A DNA stretch of 60,610 nucleotides, filler included, from Sphacelaria rigidula (GCA_964200075.2; 7 parts of 7 records of this genome joined end to end with filler, not necessarily neighbours in it), one strand, 5' to 3'. Positions 37,649 through 51,754 are shown, counted from the whole stretch's first letter. Notes: generated by a model not told the origin, from the letters alone. Translations and numbers: made by a program.

Positions 37649-38843
37649 GTGAAGAGTGACTATACATACCCTAAAAGGGCATAGAAGATCTACAATGGCA
37701 CTCTTGAAAACTGTATTGTAGCACACTAGCAAACTGCACAGAGAACTATACCGTAGCGCGCCAGGGAACCGTAATGTGTGGACACTGCGGAGCTGCGTTG
37801 TAGTGTTTGGGTTGGCAGCCATGAGTAGTGCTATGATGAAGATCCACGACTGTTTCCCGCGGTTCAACTTGATGAAAGCTCTCTATCCCATCCAAAAAAC
37901 GTCTTATGAAATATGTGAGAGCACGCCACGATTGGCATTCTAATGGGCTAGGGATGTATCGGATGGACTTGAAAATGGGATTGTCCTAACTCATATGCTC
38001 GCGCAGCTCCTTGACTTTGAGAGCGCTTGAATTAGAAAGATCTGGGCCCAAATGTGAGCTCCCACCGTAGCATAACTCGTCCTGCAACGATAGATCCATG
38101 TGGCATACAGCATTCACCGCATTTCCACAGTACACCGTACGAGGGAGGGAAACAACGACTCTCCCATCCCAGTTTTAGCGGAAAATACTAGTCATCACAT
38201 TTCTGCTCAGCAAGCCTGACGATTGCAGCAACCACGATATGGGTTATGTGACGCGCGATTAGGATAGCTTCCGCGCGTCGTCGGAACGAGGGGATTTTTT
38301 TTCGCGATATTACTCACCTTCTACCGTTGCATGACTCCTTTGTCTCACACGTTCCGCACAGAGGCCCGACTTTCCAAGGGTCACCCTATCCCGGGGTTGC
38401 CGGAATATCGTTAGAAGAAGACTAGCATTATGTAACACTCTCTTTTTGTGGCACTCTCATTTACACCTATTCCGAGTTCATAGTGCTACTGTCAGTCATC
38501 AAGATATCAGATTTGGATGTCTAGCCGTTTCGCAATCATGACAAAGTTTGTTCGCAAATTTCATGCACGGGGCGCTTCCCTTTGTGTCGAACCGATGTAT
38601 TTCACCAAGGGAACCAAATAATGGGCAGTCCCTGTCGGTACTGAAGGTCCATAGAGGTCGGATTTGAATCTCTGGCTATTTCGATATCGGCAAATAAATT
38701 TGCACGAACGCCTGCTACACATGGGGTGCTGCTTCTGTGCCGAGATCATGCCCTACATCGAGAGGACCAAATAGTAATGGTAGGTACTCCATATCAATGC
38801 CAAGGTCCCTATAGCTGTGGCGCAAGCCTTAGTCCGTGTCAAG

Positions 38844-39075
38844 CTTCCTACGCCGTCACACACCACCAACACTCGTTTGATCACCCAGGTATTTACGAGG
38901 CCGTGTGGAAGACGACGGAAAGGAGCAACAGCAGAATACACCCAGAGACGTCCCAAGTGAACGCTGGAGATGTACACGTCTCTTTTTACAGCTTCCTCTC
39001 CACTGCCAGGAGCGTCCTCTCCCGGCTACACGGAATGGTACACTACCAGTTCAAGCCTTTAGGCAGCCACGCGCC
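38844..39075 (+). CDS. Probable second exon of the same membrane protein
   Basis: tcaag| ... |gtgagt; joins exon 1 in phase 1 to give ...VLGASYAVTHHQHSFDHPGIYEAVW...MVHYQFKPLGSHAP; acceptor is weak. Confidence 0.45.
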
Positions 39076-42000
39076 GTGAGTATGTCGCAGATTCTACAGC
39101 TGAACAGAAAACTCCACGTCGCAATTTGGAAATTGATCAAGTCAAGTAAGGTTGTGAAATATACGGTACTGAGTACCCTTCATCTTGCGTGCGGATGGAC
39201 AGGCTTGGGGCACATGGTACTCGTACAACTACACATTCGACGCTACTGGAAAACAATTTAGTTGTTGCACGGCAGATAGTTGTCGGGAATGGAGAAAACT
39301 GTACGACCTGCATATGCGTATTTGATGTTTGGATACACATTGGATACGATTGATATTGCGTCGACTCAATCCCAACGTCAACTGTGACAATTTGTTTGTC
39401 TTGGTATCTGCCGCCCGTCGGGCCAAATGCAAAGTACATGTCGCACGCTGGTCCACGACATCAGGATTCTCCAGCAAAGCATGCATTATGGTAGCGCCCT
39501 GCACTACAGATATCGGATGAACCAATGTCACACGGGTGGTCGGTGGCACATCACCCGAATGTGCTGGTGTCCCTGGAATGCGGTAAGTTTGCAGAGAGTC
39601 CAACGACGCGATTCGAGTGTTAGTTGGTGAACCATCCGATGTCGCGTTGTGCAACCATCATAAACTCGCACGTATTCTGGCATGGCTCCTGTGTAACCCA
39701 CATTCACGCTGCACCCACCCTGCACCCACGTTGTTCAACTTGTCCATGAACTCGGGAAACTATAAGTTGCGGGCAACGTGTACCAGCGGCAACCCGTGCG
39801 GCATCGTATTGAACTGGATCATTATTCCAGTTGTGTATGGGACCGAAAGAGTTCACAGTCAATTCTGTCTCTTGCAGATCCCTGCTTCCCGAACGAATTT
39901 CACCTTTTCATTCTGGTTCGGCGAAATACGCGTCTGTGGAGTCCACAACGCATGTAGGTAGACCAGATATACGTGGGGGAATGTAATTTGTCTAGTGTTC
40001 GTATTCGGTGTCGTCTATGGCAAATTTATACGCCTGGCGTCTGTTGGATTGACCGATTCCAAGTCACCTGTGAGGGCTATGTTCGCTGCGGCAGAAATAT
40101 GACGACGTTATGTTTCCCCCTGCTTTCAGGTTAGCGTTGAACGATCACAGTATTGCAGTTCCGCATTTTGCGGAAACATGGAGCAGGTGTTTTGATTCTG
40201 TACCCTTCGACAGCTGGCGCGAAAGCCTTGGGGCACCCAAGGGTAACCCTACACACGCTGCGCAAACGAAGTTGGGTCCCAGAGCAATGTGTGAAGTTAC
40301 TTTGGACCGTTTTCGACCACGATATTACCATATTCCTGCCACTAACCAGAATAGCCCTCACCGCGACCTGTTTATCTGTAAAAGATGAGACATGAGGTGA
40401 ACTACAAGCGATGTCTTTCTTTCAAAAGAAGGTATACTCTCTTCGACCTGTTTGCGGACGAATACGCCCCTGGGGAACATATTTATCTTCAATTCACATA
40501 CGATCTTTGTTCGTGGATAATCCTTGGCAATGCAAGCAGTAGAGACAGCTTGTACAGTATCTTTGTCATTCCCTCACTTTCGCTGTCAGTTTGGACGGCA
40601 GAATTCGGTATATCATGTGCCGGTTCGATTCAATCGTCGGCTGTCAATGATTCGTCGTACCTCTCGGCGATGAGGTCAACTGCAGGTGACTTGCCCTGAC
40701 TCGCCCCACTGCAGACAAAAGAGGAAAATACATGATGTTTTCAACTCCAACGAAGGTCCACGTTACGAGTGCTGTAGTGGCGGATGGGATCGATGGAAAA
40801 CATCGAAGTAGCGGCGTGTCGAACGGGAAGATCACATCTATCTGCTCGTGACCTCGACAGAGATCAGATGGCCGCCTTTAAGATGGTCTCACTCTCCTTG
40901 CTATCTCTGCTCGCTGAAAGAACGGTAAGTTCCATTCTGATTCATTGGCTGAATGTGCCCCTGTGGAACATATGAGGCTCGGAGGTGAGGTAGGCTGAGG
41001 ACCGACGCCCAGATGGGTAGGGTGACTCGTGTACAGAGTGAAGCGAGGGGACATTGTAGGAGGTTTCGTCGGTGCGGGACATTTTTGTTTTCATTTCCCA
41101 AGTCCAACACTACCTGATTGGAGGGGCACTCCTACCTTGGTGCCTATCCATACATTCGCCAGACATGTCTACCCTCGGGTGGGCATGTTTGACGGATGGA
41201 GCGACTCGAAGCGCTGCACGAAAGTAGAGATAGCGAAGTGGATGGGGTAAGGTTCGGTCCTGTCCTCTGGGGACGAAAAAAAAACCGGTAATCGCAACCG
41301 CAGACAGCACACGTTCTATAAGCGCGTATTTTGGTACCATATCCGAATGCAGGGGGCATATGTAGGAAAATGCGGCGGATCTGTTGCCGGTTCGGATGTC
41401 AACCGTGACTCCTCCGATGAGTGTCTTTCCACAATGGTAGGACCAAGTACGTGTGACGCCGTGAGTCTCTTCCCACACAAGGAGGACTAAGCTCGAGTGA
41501 CGCGCATACGTCCGTCTACTTTTGCAGTCAGTACTGTACGGTAGTGATACTGCAGTAAAAGCTACGTCATGACGATGAATGATGCATCATAGGTGTACAT
41601 AGTGCGGATTGCGAACCAGTTTCATGTAATTCTGACAGCTGATCATCTTAAAGTATACCATTTGGGGTCTGTTCGGTCCACCACAGCAGTCAGTGCAGTA
41701 GCGTTCTGCGCACAACTGTAGTACCACCGAGGGGTAGAGGTACCGGATCAGCACGATGTTGATCGCTTTAAAAAAGATTACTTTACATCCGTGTTGGATA
41801 TCACGGTCATCTCCACCCCTCGCTCTCGCATAGATCCCCGCTTTCCGAAGGCACCGATGTATTATCCAACCTTAGTACAATGAGTACATGTGAAACTTGT
41901 GGCATACATACATGAAGGCTACAATGCGAAGACAAAAACAACAACAGAAACACCACTCTGATCCATTGTGGGGAACGAAGCAGTCTATCCGCGTGTACAG

Positions 42001-42518
42001 TACGAGTACACCCAGCAGTTGATATTCGGCCGGCATACGTCATCGGAATCACTGAGTAGTGCATCCGTATGTGGAACACCGTATGTCCGTTCGAGTCTGA
42101 CAATTGGTGCCGAATATCGCCTAGCAGAGGGTTGAGCTCGCTGAAAACCCTTTGGCCGCCGGAGGTGTCATTTGTCGAGTCGACATCGCTGTTGTTCATT
42201 TTTCAAGTGAAAAAGTTGCCGATTTCACGGCGGCGGCGGTAGACAGGTCAATGCTGGTTCGGCCTGCTGGACCCTTTCAGAGTTGAGTACGTTTTTGTTT
42301 TCTCCAGGTATGATCATGACGTCCATTTTACGACGATAATACATACTGCAATTTCGTCAAGGCAGGACTGCCACAACGGAAAAAATGATCCGTCACTTCG
42401 TGGTCTCTTGCACTAGCGCGCAAGTGCGACGCACGTTGATGAAGACAAGTACAAGCACAAAATAGTCGGCAGTGTGACATGCTAATGTCGTAAGTCTCCT
42501 TCGCGCACCTAGCAAGGG

Positions 42519-42735
42519 CACGTTGTAATACGTGAGAGGACCGCATGCTTAGAGGGCCGCATCATGGTTCAAAACGGATCGACTTTTTTCAATACCAATC
42601 GGGCCAGTTCCTCCAGTGATCACGCGCCCCTGACCGCAACCCCAACACTAACCCTAACTCTAACCCAAACAAAGGGGGTGATTAAATTCCGATGCGGTCC
42701 TAAAAGCACGCGGTCCTCTCGCGCATTACAACGTG
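42519..42735. mobile_element. Small MITE with about 45-bp TIRs and an internal telomere-like CCCTAA tract
   Basis: cacgttgtaatacgtgagaggaccgcatgc...gccgcatc versus gatgcggtcc...gcacgcggtcctctcgcgcattacaacgtg; interior ccccaacactaaccctaactctaacccaaac. Confidence 0.72.
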
Positions 42736-43267
42736 ACAACCAAATAATGTACAGTAGCAATGTCCACAACCCATGAATAGCAGAGCTGCGGGGGACTTGT
42801 GGTGGTACATTGTACTCTACCAATAGTGCCTTCTGGTGCTCCAAGCACATACATGTGAGCGTCGAGCTGAGTGTGAACACCAACTTTTTTATTTCGACAG
42901 CACCCTTCCCTCTTTTTGGACGTGGTCGTTTGTTTCGGTCATGCTGTTGAAGACACCCCCATTTATGCACCGATGATACATCAGCCGGCAGAACCCAGAA
43001 CGTCGTGTCCGTGCATGTCCATGAATGTGACCTAGCAATGTTGTTACCTTGTACCCGTTGTCAGAACCCGACGTCACCGATAGCGTGCAGAAGTTGATGT
43101 TCAAGCACTCTCTTGGCTCGCAGCATGAGCCACACTTGCAAAATTTTACTTCGAAGTATGTATCAAGGAAGAAAGATTTTCGTCCTGTAGTCGGACCCTG
43201 TGTTCATGGCTACCTGTCGCGCGTCGAGTTTGGAAAAACGAGTTCCACTCCCTGAAGTCCGAATGGC

Positions 43268-43367
43268 NNNNNNNNNNNNNNNNNNNNNNNNNNNNNNNNN
43301 NNNNNNNNNNNTTAATTAATTAANNNNNNNNNNNNNNNNNNNNNNNNNNNNNNNNNNNNNNNNNNNN
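43268..43367. other. Artificial contig linker
   Basis: N44-TTAATTAATTAA-N44. Confidence 0.98.
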
Positions 43368-43391
43368 TGCGGGGCGGGGGGAGGGGGGGGA

Positions 43392-43470
43392 AGGGGGGGG
43401 GCGTATTCATTTGTTGCTTGCCTTAGTCGTTTGACCATTGACCACGCATCCCTCTCGAGACGGGGCATCG
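43392..43470 (+). repeat. Left terminus of G-tract-ended MITE-like family
   Basis: ggggggcgtattcatttgttgcttgccttagtcgtttgaccattgaccacgcatccc. Confidence 0.75.
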
Positions 43471-45046
43471 TTCAGAAGGCGAGGGGGGCAACTTTCAGCG
43501 GCGCTTCGGAATTGTCCAGAATGTACAAGTACAAAATCCTCTAGATAGCCGGCGGCTACGCGTTTTTTGCGCCTTAGGCGATGGAGGGTAAAATCTTCGT
43601 CCGTTACGCCCCCTTCGTATCCTGAGTAATCATCGTTATGACGAGCGAGTTTTCTCTCCGAGAGTAGTCGTAGTAGCCGTGACAATGCCTTGAACCCCTC
43701 CTTTCCCCCTCCCTACGTGTGACGTGCGATCTCTGGATGAAGGTCGGATACCTCCGCTTACCAATTGTGCTTATTGAATGGGCGAATAAACACCATTGAG
43801 TCAATGGACGCCTCGTTGAATCGAAAAAAGAATTTCGAGCTTGTCAACCCGCAATCGTTCCATCTATCTCAACACACATATAATGTATAGCTTATATTTT
43901 CACTTCTGCGGCAGCCTACCGGTATTCAGGCACTCGCCGTGTGTGATCCATACAGAATCGCGGTACCCTACATTGCGGCGTGGCACGTCAAAAAGCGCGC
44001 CTTTGGGTGTTAGTTAATCCATCCTTCAAGTGCCGCCAGGCCAGAAACGATGCGACGGTTACCCACACTCCACCCCCAAATCCCCCTCCTTCTGCTCCCC
44101 CCCCCCCGGCTCCCCCCGACCTGCCCGCACCCCATCACGGTCAAGATGGGTGGTATTCGACGGCCCAATCGATGGCATTGCAAGCTTAAGAGCTTCCCAA
44201 CAAGATCGACGACAGCGGGAACGGGTGAGAAAACCTACGAACATTCTGGGATAGGGTGGCGGGTGAACTAATGCTCCTTCACAACTCAGTTAGCGTGTGG
44301 TTTATCAGGGCTAAGGTTGGGGCTGCGGTCACGATCGCCAGCTAGAATCTATGGCCGTGCGCGCCATCTAGGTAGATCAGGGCTCGCATACGTGAGACTA
44401 TGCGGTGATAGATAGTTACCGCTTTTTTTCATACCGCGACGGGATGTGCGGCACGTGTCGTTTCACCATGCTGCTTGTTTGTCGTGCCTTACTCTGTCGG
44501 AGCGTGCTCTGTGTCTTGCCGCCGCTTGCTGTAGGTGTGTATCTGAACCACTGCAGTCGCATGATAATCGTTTGTTTTCCCTCCTCACTTGTTGTGAGTC
44601 GGAGTTTCGCGTACCGCTAATCTCAACCCTGCCTCCCCCCTTCCCCCCACCCCCCCCGCGCCCCCTCGTCCACCGCAAAACCAAAAGGTCGATCAATTGC
44701 TGCCATTTCAGACGTGGTCTTTTTCATCACCGCTTTGCAATCTGCCGCGTTCGGCGGGTAGTAATGCCGGGTTTAGTCCTTTTGATGGCGAGGTTGAGGA
44801 GGCTGGAGGAATAAGCGAATCGGCCAAATCGTTCGGGCTTCGAGAGGTAATACGCGCGCATCGATGAAAAGTAGCGAATGACTCTCGAAATGTCATATGC
44901 GGAACCCGCATGTAGACAGATCACTTGAGCCATTATTTCAAGCTGGATAGTTCCCCCGGGTTTTTTCTACTCCTTTGTACCCCGGTAGCCATACCGGAGA
45001 TACCATCGGCGAGTTTGGGCGGAGTGGTCGTAGTGGGTTTGAAAAC

Positions 45047-46065
45047 CGACGGCAATGGTTTGTTCTGCTAGATTCCGCCGCGGAAAGCGTGAGAAAGTGA
45101 GCTGCCCAAAAAACTTCGATGGGCTGCGAGGGTGTTCATCATCTGATTGATGGTTTGATTGATCTATCGGCTATCGCATACCAACTACGTCCCGAGGCCT
45201 ATGCTCGACAAATAAATTGCGAGGCAGGCGAAACAAGTGCCTTTCCCGCCACTGCCGTCTGTATCGCTGGGAGATCGTCAAGCCTTTCAGCGCGACTGCG
45301 GTAAAAACGCGGTATACCGTACTGCTTGAGTCCGAGAGACACTCCGTCTCCAGAAGGCCGGTGGAGGCAAACGTTTCGACAAAGTCAGCACAACTCGCCT
45401 ACCTGCACGGAATCTATGTCGACGTTGAGGAACGGGACCCGTAGCTGAAGCCTGTTTTGCGGAGGTCTGGGGTGGTCGGAACGCTCGCCTTCACTGGCCT
45501 TCTGGAGACGGAGTGTCTCTCGGCCTCGGACGGTACGGTATGCCACGCGTATACTGAAGTCATGCTGAAAGGCTTGACGGTCTGCCAGCGACACAGACGG
45601 CAGTGGGGAAAAAGAATAAGAATGTCGACGGCAAGGGTTTGATTTACTAGAGTCCGCCGCGGAAAGCGTGAGAAAGTGAGTTTCCCAAGTAGTTCGATGG
45701 GCTGCGAGGGTGGTCATCATCTGATTGATGGTTCGATTGATTTATTGATTGTAGCCAATTAACTACTTCCCGAGGCCTGTGCTGGACAAAAAAAATCGCA
45801 AGGCAGGCAAAATGAGTGCCTTCTCCCCCCCACTGCCGTCTGTATCGCTGCCAGACTGTCAAGCCGTTCAGCGCGACTGCAGTGTACGCATGGCACAGCG
45901 TACTCTCCGAGGCCGAAGCAGTGGAACGACTTCGTGCTGAGAAGGCGGGTGGAGGCAAGCTCGTCCACTACCCCCGACCTCCGCAACACAGGCTGCAGCT
46001 ACGAATTCCAGTTCTTCACCTCGATATGGATTCCGTACAGGTGAGATGTCCTGACTTCGTCGCGA
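45047..46065. repeat. Tandem duplication (unit about 580 bp) containing a hairpin with about 130-bp arms
   Basis: cgacggcaa...ctagaNtccgccgcggaaagcgtgagaaagtgag at 45047 and 45626; inverted arms at 45249-45380 and 45475-45606. Confidence 0.82.
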
Positions 46066-47805
46066 GCATGAAGACTGTGTCGAAAGTGCGCTCGCGCATG
46101 TGTGTGGGGGAAGGTGGATGGGTGGGGAGGGGGGCGTGTAGTCGCTGTACATGATATGTGTACAGAGCAATGGGTTTTTCCCCAAAAGTCGCAGGTGCTG
46201 TTCGACGTCTCCTCAACGTATCAAGAAGCTCCGATTCCTCGGTGACTGGAAACCAAAAACACTATTCAGAGAGGACTCACCGTCTGCTCTCGTGATCCTG
46301 TTTTGTTCGCGTCGAATTGGCTCTCAGTCACTCGAGGGAAAAATCTGCAAAAACTAAAGTCGGTGACCCAGAGGTCAAGTTCGCTACGTCCGAGGTTTTG
46401 CTTACTCCGGACGTTTCTGCAGAGGAAATTCCCGGTCTCTCCGCGTGTGAAATAAGCCGACTCTGATTGGGTCACCGTTGCTTTGCTCTAATGTCGCACG
46501 AAAACCATGTCCCTTTGCATGTGTCAGTCTCGGTATCGCCAAAGGGGAATGTATGATGCGAGAGATTTCGGTGCACCGTAGGGAAGTTTCGTAGTACCTC
46601 AGGACATGAATGTTGTCGAGAAGGTGTCTGGATACTTGATTTACATAGTCTCGTCGCGAACGTCGTCTTTGTCTCCGCATGTTGTATATCGAACGGTATG
46701 TACGTTTGATGGTTCCAGCTGATTCTTCGCATATCTTCTCCATCTGAATGACGCACAAACACCCTCCTTCTTCTGCTTTGAACTCCGCCCGGTCAGTTTC
46801 ATGAGCTTATGGACATTTACAAAAACGTCCTGATGGCGCGGTTGCCCACCCCCGACCTGAGGGCAATGAATCGAGACCGGAGACGTCGAATGCGTTCCGA
46901 AGGGTGCATCCCTGCTCAAGAGGTGATTGTATGTTTGCATCGTACAGGCGTGCAGTCAAATGAGAGTTGGGAGGCTTTGTTGGGAAGCGCAGGGTGATAG
47001 GTCTTGGGGATGACGTAGCCGGACTCACTTGATCTCAAGCACGCGCATCCAGTCGGCACAATTTCGACATCCACATCCAGCTGCTTAGCAGTGCGCCTAC
47101 TAGCGAAGTAGGCAAGCGGGGATTGAGGTGGTGGGCACGGCTTCGGCATCTCTGTACCCGGTAGGTTAAACCACCTTCTGCTGCGTGGCAATGACATTAA
47201 ACAGGCGGGGAGAAGTACGACATTCGATTGCATATGCTCGCGGGCCCTCGTATTGACCACGAGCGCTTTCCGGGAAAAGCGAAGGTAGAATGAGAAAAGG
47301 TACACTACTCCCCGAATGCGTGTGAACTAGGGGAAAAGGTACTTGTCTTTGATGGCCACAAGGGATGCGTTCACTTATGTGTGCGGTAAAAACTCTGTTG
47401 TCAACAGAAGACTGCGTAAGGTCCTGCGCCCCGCCGAACCAACGAAACGCTTACCCATGGCATGACTTGCAGGTACTCGACGACCACGTGTGGAAGGAGT
47501 GGAAGGACAAGCGGGAGAAAGACCCGGCTGTCGATGTTGGAACGAAGAGCGGCAGGTACGGGCATTCCGCATCCTTGACTTCTCTTCATCATGGGACAAG
47601 GGCAGCGGTGGGTTTAGGCATTTCGGATAATTTTCAGTGCGATGCGAGTCGGGCGAGTACAGTTCGTCACGGGCCGGTAACTCTATGGTAGGCGTAAAGC
47701 GTGTCAGGCATGGAGTTTGGCCTGGTACGAGAAGTATATGATGTTCGACACCTACCTCAGACGTGCCGTCGTGTAGGTAGAGCGTGCGTTATCCGCCGGT
47801 GGCAG

Positions 47806-47883
47806 GTCGACGTATCCCGTGGTCGGCATTTCGACGTATCCCGTGGTCGGCATGTCGACGAATCCCGTGGTCGGTATGTCGAC
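47806..47883. repeat. 24-bp minisatellite, about 3.2 copies
   Basis: gtcgacgtatcccgtggtcggcat x3. Confidence 0.85.
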
Positions 47884-50800
47884 ATTTTGGCTGCCTGTAC
47901 ACTGCCCGACCGCACGCAACGACGAAGTCGACGCAAAATCGATGCCAGTTAGTGGATGGTTTAGAGGTCATGGTTTAGACTGTTTCTCTGATTGAATGGT
48001 TTCAGATAGGAGTCACCCCGCGGCAGACGAGGGGAGGGGAAGTTGTCGCATGAAATCGGGGTCTTCATCTGTGGGTGTATTGCACAACCCCACACACGTC
48101 TTTCATGTGCGTTCGCTTAGCTGAAGGGATCGTCGAGCGCGATCAGAACTACCCTGGATATCGGTATGCGAACGTGTATCCTAGCATATTCCGCCCTCTG
48201 CGAATTCCCAATGCGGCCGTATGGTTCATTTAGTGGGTCGGAATATTCCCACCTGCCATTATTGCGGGATGACTAGTAGTAGCAGTACCACAAAATTTCT
48301 CTTGACTGATCATTTCTATTCTCGAACGTACGTTCGAATTAAACCATACCGTATGAAATTAGCATGAAATTGAGCGATTTATTGGCACGTTGTTCGCGGT
48401 CCGAGAGTGATGCTCTGGGGTTTTTAACCTTGTTATTCGACCGCAACCCCGCGGTGGTTGATGTCCATGGTTAAGTGAGGGTGCTCGTAGTGTGAGGAAA
48501 AACGTGCACGACCGTCACTCGTTTGTTGCAGAAATGAAGCTCCAGAGTTGTAGTTGCGAGTTTTATTGGTAGGTGTAGTCCTGGTAAAGGGCTCCTCCTT
48601 CAAGCGCATGATACCACGGTGGCATCATCAGAGGCACAAAGAACCTTGCTGAAGCAAGATCGTCCTAAACTCCTTCAACCAAACTTCACCGAACCAACCG
48701 AAAACAATCGCAGAACCTTCCTCAAGGAGCTGCTAGACAGGACGCCCAAATGGTGGAACTTCGGCGGAAAAGAGGGCGCGAAGCAAATCACGCGCTTCGA
48801 GCTGTGGGTTGGCAAAATTACTTGGAACATGGTCCTGGGAACGCGGGGGGGAGCCGGCAAGGTACTCAGAGTGTAGCAGTGCCGGGTGTTGCGATGCGGT
48901 CCGGCGTTTACATGGTGGTTTCGCTTTTTCGACCGTGGCTATTGCAAGCAAGTATGGTCTGGGTGTGTCTACGTGTTCCATTCCATGGAGTGTGCCGTTC
49001 AGAACAGAGTGCATCGCAGTTAGTTCAACAAATCTGGAGTATGATTTTGGGGGGAGATACGTGAAACAATTCGTCAAGGTACGGAAAACATGGAGTATTG
49101 GACAGTTGTGCAAGCGAGGCAAAACTACCTCGACATGAGTTGAGTTTAGGGAGTGTCACATGCGCACGGCCCTCTCCACCTCAACGTGTGTAGTTTCATC
49201 GTCGACATCGGAGGTCATCTTATCTAGTATTCATCACAACCTCCTGCAACTCTTGCTTGTGCTCGATCTTTGGTCTAAACTCCTGCTTGTGCTCGATATC
49301 CAGTCGGAAGAGCTGGAGATCGGACTCACCGGCTTTGCTTCCTCGCACGAGTTCATTGCCCGAGAGAGGCCAAGGGTGAGCGGAGACACGGGGCCAGTGG
49401 ATAATAACTGATACTCTAGATTTATGCAAAACATGCGCTACCTTGGCGCATGGATATGATTCTCGACTCATCGTGCTGGTAAACACTTGAAACCACTCCA
49501 GAACACATTTTACCCGCACTACAATGGTCGCAAGGCTCTTTAGTTTACAATTTGTTTACGTCACACTTACGCGTTCCTTTAGCTTCATCAGTTCGTCTCT
49601 AAAGTTGATGTCCATTTCAACTTGCTCAGTGACAGGCGTTGACGGTGGAGAAACATACTGGGCTGCGGACGACATGGTGTCAACGAGGCGGAGGTCACCC
49701 TTTTCTCTCCCCTGCGGAATACCTCGCCTCCATACCCCTCACCGTACGCTCCCCAACCTCGTCTGCCTTCTCGCAGGGGATGAAAAATCGACGATTCCTT
49801 TTGCTGTACTGCACATTGGGTGGAGTAGGCGTGCTGATTTACCAACTGGCACTATCGACCCGGTTTTACAGACTGTGTGGCTAACCCACTAGTAGATCTA
49901 ATGGTTACTTGTATCCGAGTACTTGCGCTGTGAGGTTTATCCAGGGGTTCAACATGGAAATGTCCGCAACCTTCAGGTAATCTGCACGTATGTGTTGAGT
50001 CATTTTCACACGCATTACCCTACTCTCCCCTCCACCACCCTGCGACACACCTCCGCATTGCTGTCGTACCGCCGGCTGCTCACCAACGTCGGCTTCATGT
50101 CCCATACATAATCTTAAGTGGGAAAGGACGGTCCAGTATTTCTACGTATATCTTTTAACATCCAAACCCTGCAAATAATGTCGGCCTGGCGTATAGGGTG
50201 GTACAGTACAGCAACAACGTTGACAGTCTGTCAGAGGGACGGTGTTTCTCTCAAGGGAAAGGGAAGGCAGACAACGATCACGTATCCTGAACTGCTGCAT
50301 AACGGATAAAGTCTTCGATCGTTGGACGATTGAATCTTTTCCCATTTGCACATTGCCATCGCCTTCGTGTGCCAGTCGGAGGCTATCGTCATCCGCAACG
50401 ATTTGGCACAGGTGGAGCGCGTATGGGTCCGCAACATGTCTGTGGCGGAGGAGGATGGGCGATCCGGTTCTATCCTCTCGGTGAAGTTGGACAACATGGC
50501 GCCCTGCCAAATTTGTGGGCAGCACTTTGTGCCTGAGCACAATCATTGGGATGCATGTAGGCAAGTTTCTCTGTCGGACCAAAAGGAAGAGCGCCAAATG
50601 CGAGTGAAATCCATCAACACGTCATTTTGAAGATTGTTCGAAACACTTCCTCCTTGTCGAGCGCAACCCACGAAACTCGTGCGAGGAAACTGATTTTCGT
50701 AAGCCAACACGACCCTTGCTATCGAAAGTCTTTCCTTTTCTCTCGAAAGTTTAGGACGTTGAGGTAGGTCTACATATCGGATTCATGCAGATAATAAGTT

Positions 50801-51754
50801 TATGTAGAAATAGAAAAAATAACGATTTTGCTTCAACACGTTTTGAAGTGTTTTTCATTGCTCTGATGTGTATACAGACCATACGGAACGATAGTGGGTT
50901 GACGGTGCGGTATATGTGGGGCTAATGAAGGCAAGTGAAAACGAACGGGAAAACCAACGCGGCTGACATGTAAAACCGGGAAGTCAACCGGGGAAAAGCG
51001 GATCCACGGCATCAACGTGTAATCCTCCATCACCAAGATTGGAGTAAGGCGCCAATAAATCGACAGCCTTTGAGAGCGCTGTCAGACTTGTAAACATTGA
51101 TGACACCACCGTGGGTATCACACCCGACTTCCTAGAAGCATGAAGGGGTAGAGCAGTGACTGCGGGATGGAATGGAAAGTTGGTATATGATCAATGGCGG
51201 CCCGTAATCTCCCGCATAATGTTTCGTCCCAGCGTATGTGCGACATCGGTGTACCGCGAGAGAACGAAAGAATTGTCACGCGACAGGAAGCAGATGGTTT
51301 ATGTGCGGCATGCTTTCATTGAAGATAGTGGTTCGGCTCGAAGGGTAAACCCATATCACGCTCCGCAAGACGGCAAGAGGTTACTCCTTGTGTCCCCAGA
51401 GTCCAGCCGTTCTCCCATCTGCGAGCGTCGTTGCAACCACACTCTGCCATATCCGCTCGGCGAGACCGAATACCTTGGTCACTGTGCCATGCATCAAAGA
51501 TCTCACAGAAAATCTTCGAGTGAGGTGTATAGCTATTCAACGTAAATACCGCCACTAGTCGGTATCGTTGGATGTGGGAGCGAGAGTGACAGCATTCCTG
51601 CTGGACGCCGCCTGCTGCTTCCAGTGCTTGGCGTCATACTCAGCACGGCGAACTCGCTCATAGCAAAACAATTCATGGTGTATCTCCACCATTGGCATAC
51701 ACTGTCCTCGTCTCAATCTTTCCCCCTTCCACCCCCCCCCTCCGTGCTCCGTCG

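Noticed and set aside
38380..41026. hAT-like TIR pair GTCACCCTA / TAGGGTGAC
   Set aside because: The motifs face outward, are only 9 bp, and no TSD was found.
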